From positions 1 to 62,046 of the forward strand of contig DF237482.1 of NCBI GenBank assembly GCA_000708835.1: DNA of 62,046 nt, read 5' to 3'. The stretch comes from Klebsormidium nitens. Taxonomy: Eukaryota; Plantae; Klebsormidiophyceae. The notes under the pieces are model-generated. The model was not told the origin of the DNA and made no database searches. It saw nothing but the letters and a program-made list of their open reading frames with translations. This document shows, piece by piece, positions 59,071 to 62,046 of this stretch (position 1 is the stretch's first letter; each line of letters opens with the position of its first letter). Both the position numbers and the translations under genes were made by a program.

Positions 59071-62046
59071 ATGCTCTCCGCCATCCTTTTGATGCCGGTG
59101 GACAAGCAATGGCCTTGTAAGGTCTGCCTTTTTCCCACTCTTTCTTGAGGAAATATACGGAAGAGTTAAAATTTGACGGTCGTAAGATTGGCCATGCGTA
59201 TTCCCTCACCGCAAAACCTTCAGTGCGAACAGCGACGCCTTTTGCAATCGAGACAAGTTTCTGTGACTATTGTCCTACTTTTCTCTCTCAGGTCGCACTT
59301 AAAGGAAGACAAGCTTGTACTCTTGGGTAAATGCGCAGCAACGCACGGTGTTTTGCCCACGTTTCATCTCCTTTGCAAAAGATGGAGGAGCCGAACTGCG
59401 CAAGAACGATGTATTCTTGTTCGCATCAGCATGATATCCCGAGTGCACCGTTGTGCATCTGTTCCTTTTTCGGCTTCAGCTGGAATGCTCTGGAATTCGA
59501 TCTCATAAAGCTTTAAGTGTAAGCCTGCAGGCTAGGCATCCGCCAAAAGCTCATTGACAATGGGCTCAAATCTACGGGATCCTTGTCTTCAGGCAAACCT
59601 CAGTTCATGCTACCAGATTGAGCTGTTTAACTGTCCAGATCTTGGATGCAATGTGCAGAGCCGTTCGTTAATGCAAGCAGATGCCACAAAAATCTCGACG
59701 GAATCAGTAGTGAGTGGAGGGTCCCAATCCGGACGCTCAGCCTGTCGAGAAAGGTGCTTAGCGTCTACAATCTCGCATTTTGGCCTTCGAACGAAACGGA
59801 TGCGTTCCATCACAGGTTTCGAGAGTTCCGAAAGTTTGTGTATGGGGTCAAAAGTATTGTTGCCCAAGGAAGCTGCGTGGGAGCTCAACAATACTTTCGA
59901 CATTCTTTATTCTTGCTTGCGCTTTTTTCCCTTTCTTTTTTCCTTGGCTTGCCCTTAGAACGTTTTCACCTTGCTCGAGGTTGCGGAAACGACATGGCAT
60001 TGCGGTCATGACGAAGCCACTTTTTTGAGGTCGTTAATGCCCCAGGAGTGTTGATGTTGGGCTCTGAAAGGCCGTCCAGGTAAAGGACTGGCAGGTTTTA
60101 GTACATGAAGAAAAGGTTTTAGGGAGGCCTTCGAGACGATCCTGATAGCTTCCGTCCGAATTTCCGGTCCGTTCAATTTGAGCTTTGGAGCTCCAGAGGT
60201 TCTTCAAGAGGGTTCATCCAAATAGACTTCTGCCCAGGGCGTGCAGGATCCGCCCTTGTGGTGGCAAAGGCTTCAAGGCCTTGTTCCGACCTACTTTATA
60301 AGTTCTCTAGCTAAATTGGAGCAGATCTTGGCGTTAATCTGCAATCGTTGAACGGCTACTTCGAGAGTTTATTGCTGAACCAAGTACGCAAATTCTTTGC
60401 TCTCATGACGGCTGGCGCGTCATGCGGCCTTGATCTGCACAATCTGACGTCCGCGTGAGCTGAAGGTAGAGTTAGGGCGCTCATTTCCTGGTCGACCGAC
60501 AACCGCTGAACCATCTTTGTCGTCCATTAGTTGTTAGAAACTGTAGGACCTCTGCTAGATCCTGCGTGAGCCCAGAAATAGCAGGCACACCTGTTTTTGT
60601 GTCCGATCGCCCTCGGCTTTTTGATAACTTAACACTACCTTTTCTACGCTGTGACCTCGTGAGCCAGCTTAACCAGCCGAAATAGATCTTGTTATACTAG
60701 GTGCACCGGTTTGTTGAAGAACCGTTTACTCCCCGCCCAAGGGTCTGCCATGTTGGGGCGTTGAATAGTCGTAAGTGAGCCGTTGTGGCTTTGCTCCAAA
60801 TGTCATTCGTGACAATTCTATTCTTGACTCAAACTTCTACTTGAAACAGTTTGGATCTAGAGCTAAGCGCGCTCCAAGACCTCAGGTGAAAGTCGACCGG
60901 TCCTGTCAGAAAGGGTGAATTGAAGCCCCTTGGCTTACATCCCATGAAGATTGACGGTCGACGTATGAGAATTCCTTTTGTCAATTCGAGGCTTATAGCC
61001 GAGGGGGCTCCTCAGACGCTGGCCGCGATTGGTGCATACTCCTTCCGTCCGTTCCGAGTCAAGTTGGTCTTGTTCGCCCGTCTTCATGTGCTGCATCATT
61101 ATACTAGCTACATGGGCTAAGACGACTTAATGTGGCGCGCTGAGGGACGTTCCTTCAGCAGTGCTCTCTGCGACAGATGCCTGCGCTGTGCTTGTCGAAT
61201 TTTCGTTTACTTTTGAGTAGTGAAAACTTGGCACTATGCTTCAATCCTGCGATGTCACCTTTGGGAATAAATGTCAGTCACTGATGAGCGTTCTGGAAAT
61301 TTCCCATCGAAGGGAATGTACGTCCGAAATGGCCCACCGTTAAAAGGCCACGTTGAAGCCAATCACTGCTTCTAACAGGGCGTCTTGCCTGAGAATTCTT
61401 TTTGATAAATTAGCTCGGCAATGCCGCACGCCCATCACCCTCTGAGCCTTATTTCAGGAACATTCCTGTAGCCCGAGGTTCCTCCGCTAAGAATATATGA
61501 GGAGTTGTTTGAAACATGGTGGCACCGGTTTATAAGCGCGAGCTTGAGATACTGGTGCAGTTAGCTTTATGTTCGTTTTGGCCTTCAATCTTGCCACTTT
61601 GGTTTCAATATCGAGCAGCCCCAAACAAGAGGATTATCACGGTCAGCCAGAAAGCGATAGCAGGGGGAGCTGATGTCTTTCTTCGCTCTACACAGTCCGG
61701 GCAGGCGTCACATCTCACTCTAAACAAGTCGGTCGTAAAGCTTCATGTCGTGCCGCTAGGCGTCGCTGCCATGCAGCCTCGTACGACCGTAGCAATGCAA
61801 GCAAAACGGATTCTCTAAAGAACGCAACGACTGTATGTCACTAAGAGACTGACATGTAATTTTGTCTGATACCGATGACGAAGAGGCCACCGTCTCTCCG
61901 ACCCTCTATGTTATGGCGCTGATGGAGACAACTAACAAGGTGGACGCCATGAAAGCGCTGCTCCTAATTAGCTGTATTCAGACGACATACAAAGAGTTGC
62001 TGGCGCAACTCGGTCTGGTCTCTTGTTCTAGTGCAAAGATAAGGTC

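Noticed and set aside
52277-60540. Argument that interrupted antisense frames are RIP/C-to-T-decayed genes because every stop could derive from CAA/CAG/CGA
   Set aside because: Vacuous: any stop codon is one C-to-T change from those codons, so this was not used as evidence.
410-61818. Most short ORFs in the supplied six-frame track
   Set aside because: They are antisense or off-frame shadows of the spliced exons, or chance ORFs with non-ATG starts.

Overview
Intron-rich eukaryotic nuclear DNA with GT-AG introns and CTRAC-like branch points. The gene set (TAAC-type carrier, PNGase A, At4g08330-like protein) points to a streptophyte green alga such as Klebsormidium; this is inference, not a database match. 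Nine spliced genes were reconstructed by hand: (1) a long coiled-coil protein (+, 5' end unresolved, to 6209); (2) PNGase A (+, 8481-14371, 12 exons); (3) a full-length but highly divergent SMC ATPase (-, 22676-15163, 16 exons, ~1150 aa); (4) an RNF216/TRIAD3-like RBR E3 ligase (-, ~27047-23786) with an apparent frameshift; (5) a TAAC/EAAC-type adenylate carrier (+, 27573-32327); (6) an At4g08330/Yippee-like Zn protein (-); (7) a MaoC-like dehydratase (-); (8) NECAP (+); (9) a divergent UBA1-type E1 enzyme (+, 42359-58099, 19 exons, ~1042 aa). The strongest leads are the non-canonical SMC (all ATPase motifs intact, His-containing H-loop) and the non-plant-type E1 (catalytic Cys kept, ATP-binding SNLxRQ motif changed to PNLPGQ). 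Also notable are recurrent decayed duplications of exon-intron junctions in two genes and a ~1.1 kb compositionally alien segment at 32.7-33.8 kb. No rRNA, tRNA or CRISPR array was seen. Exon coordinates and counts were read by eye, and family comparisons rely on remembered consensus sequences rather than searches.
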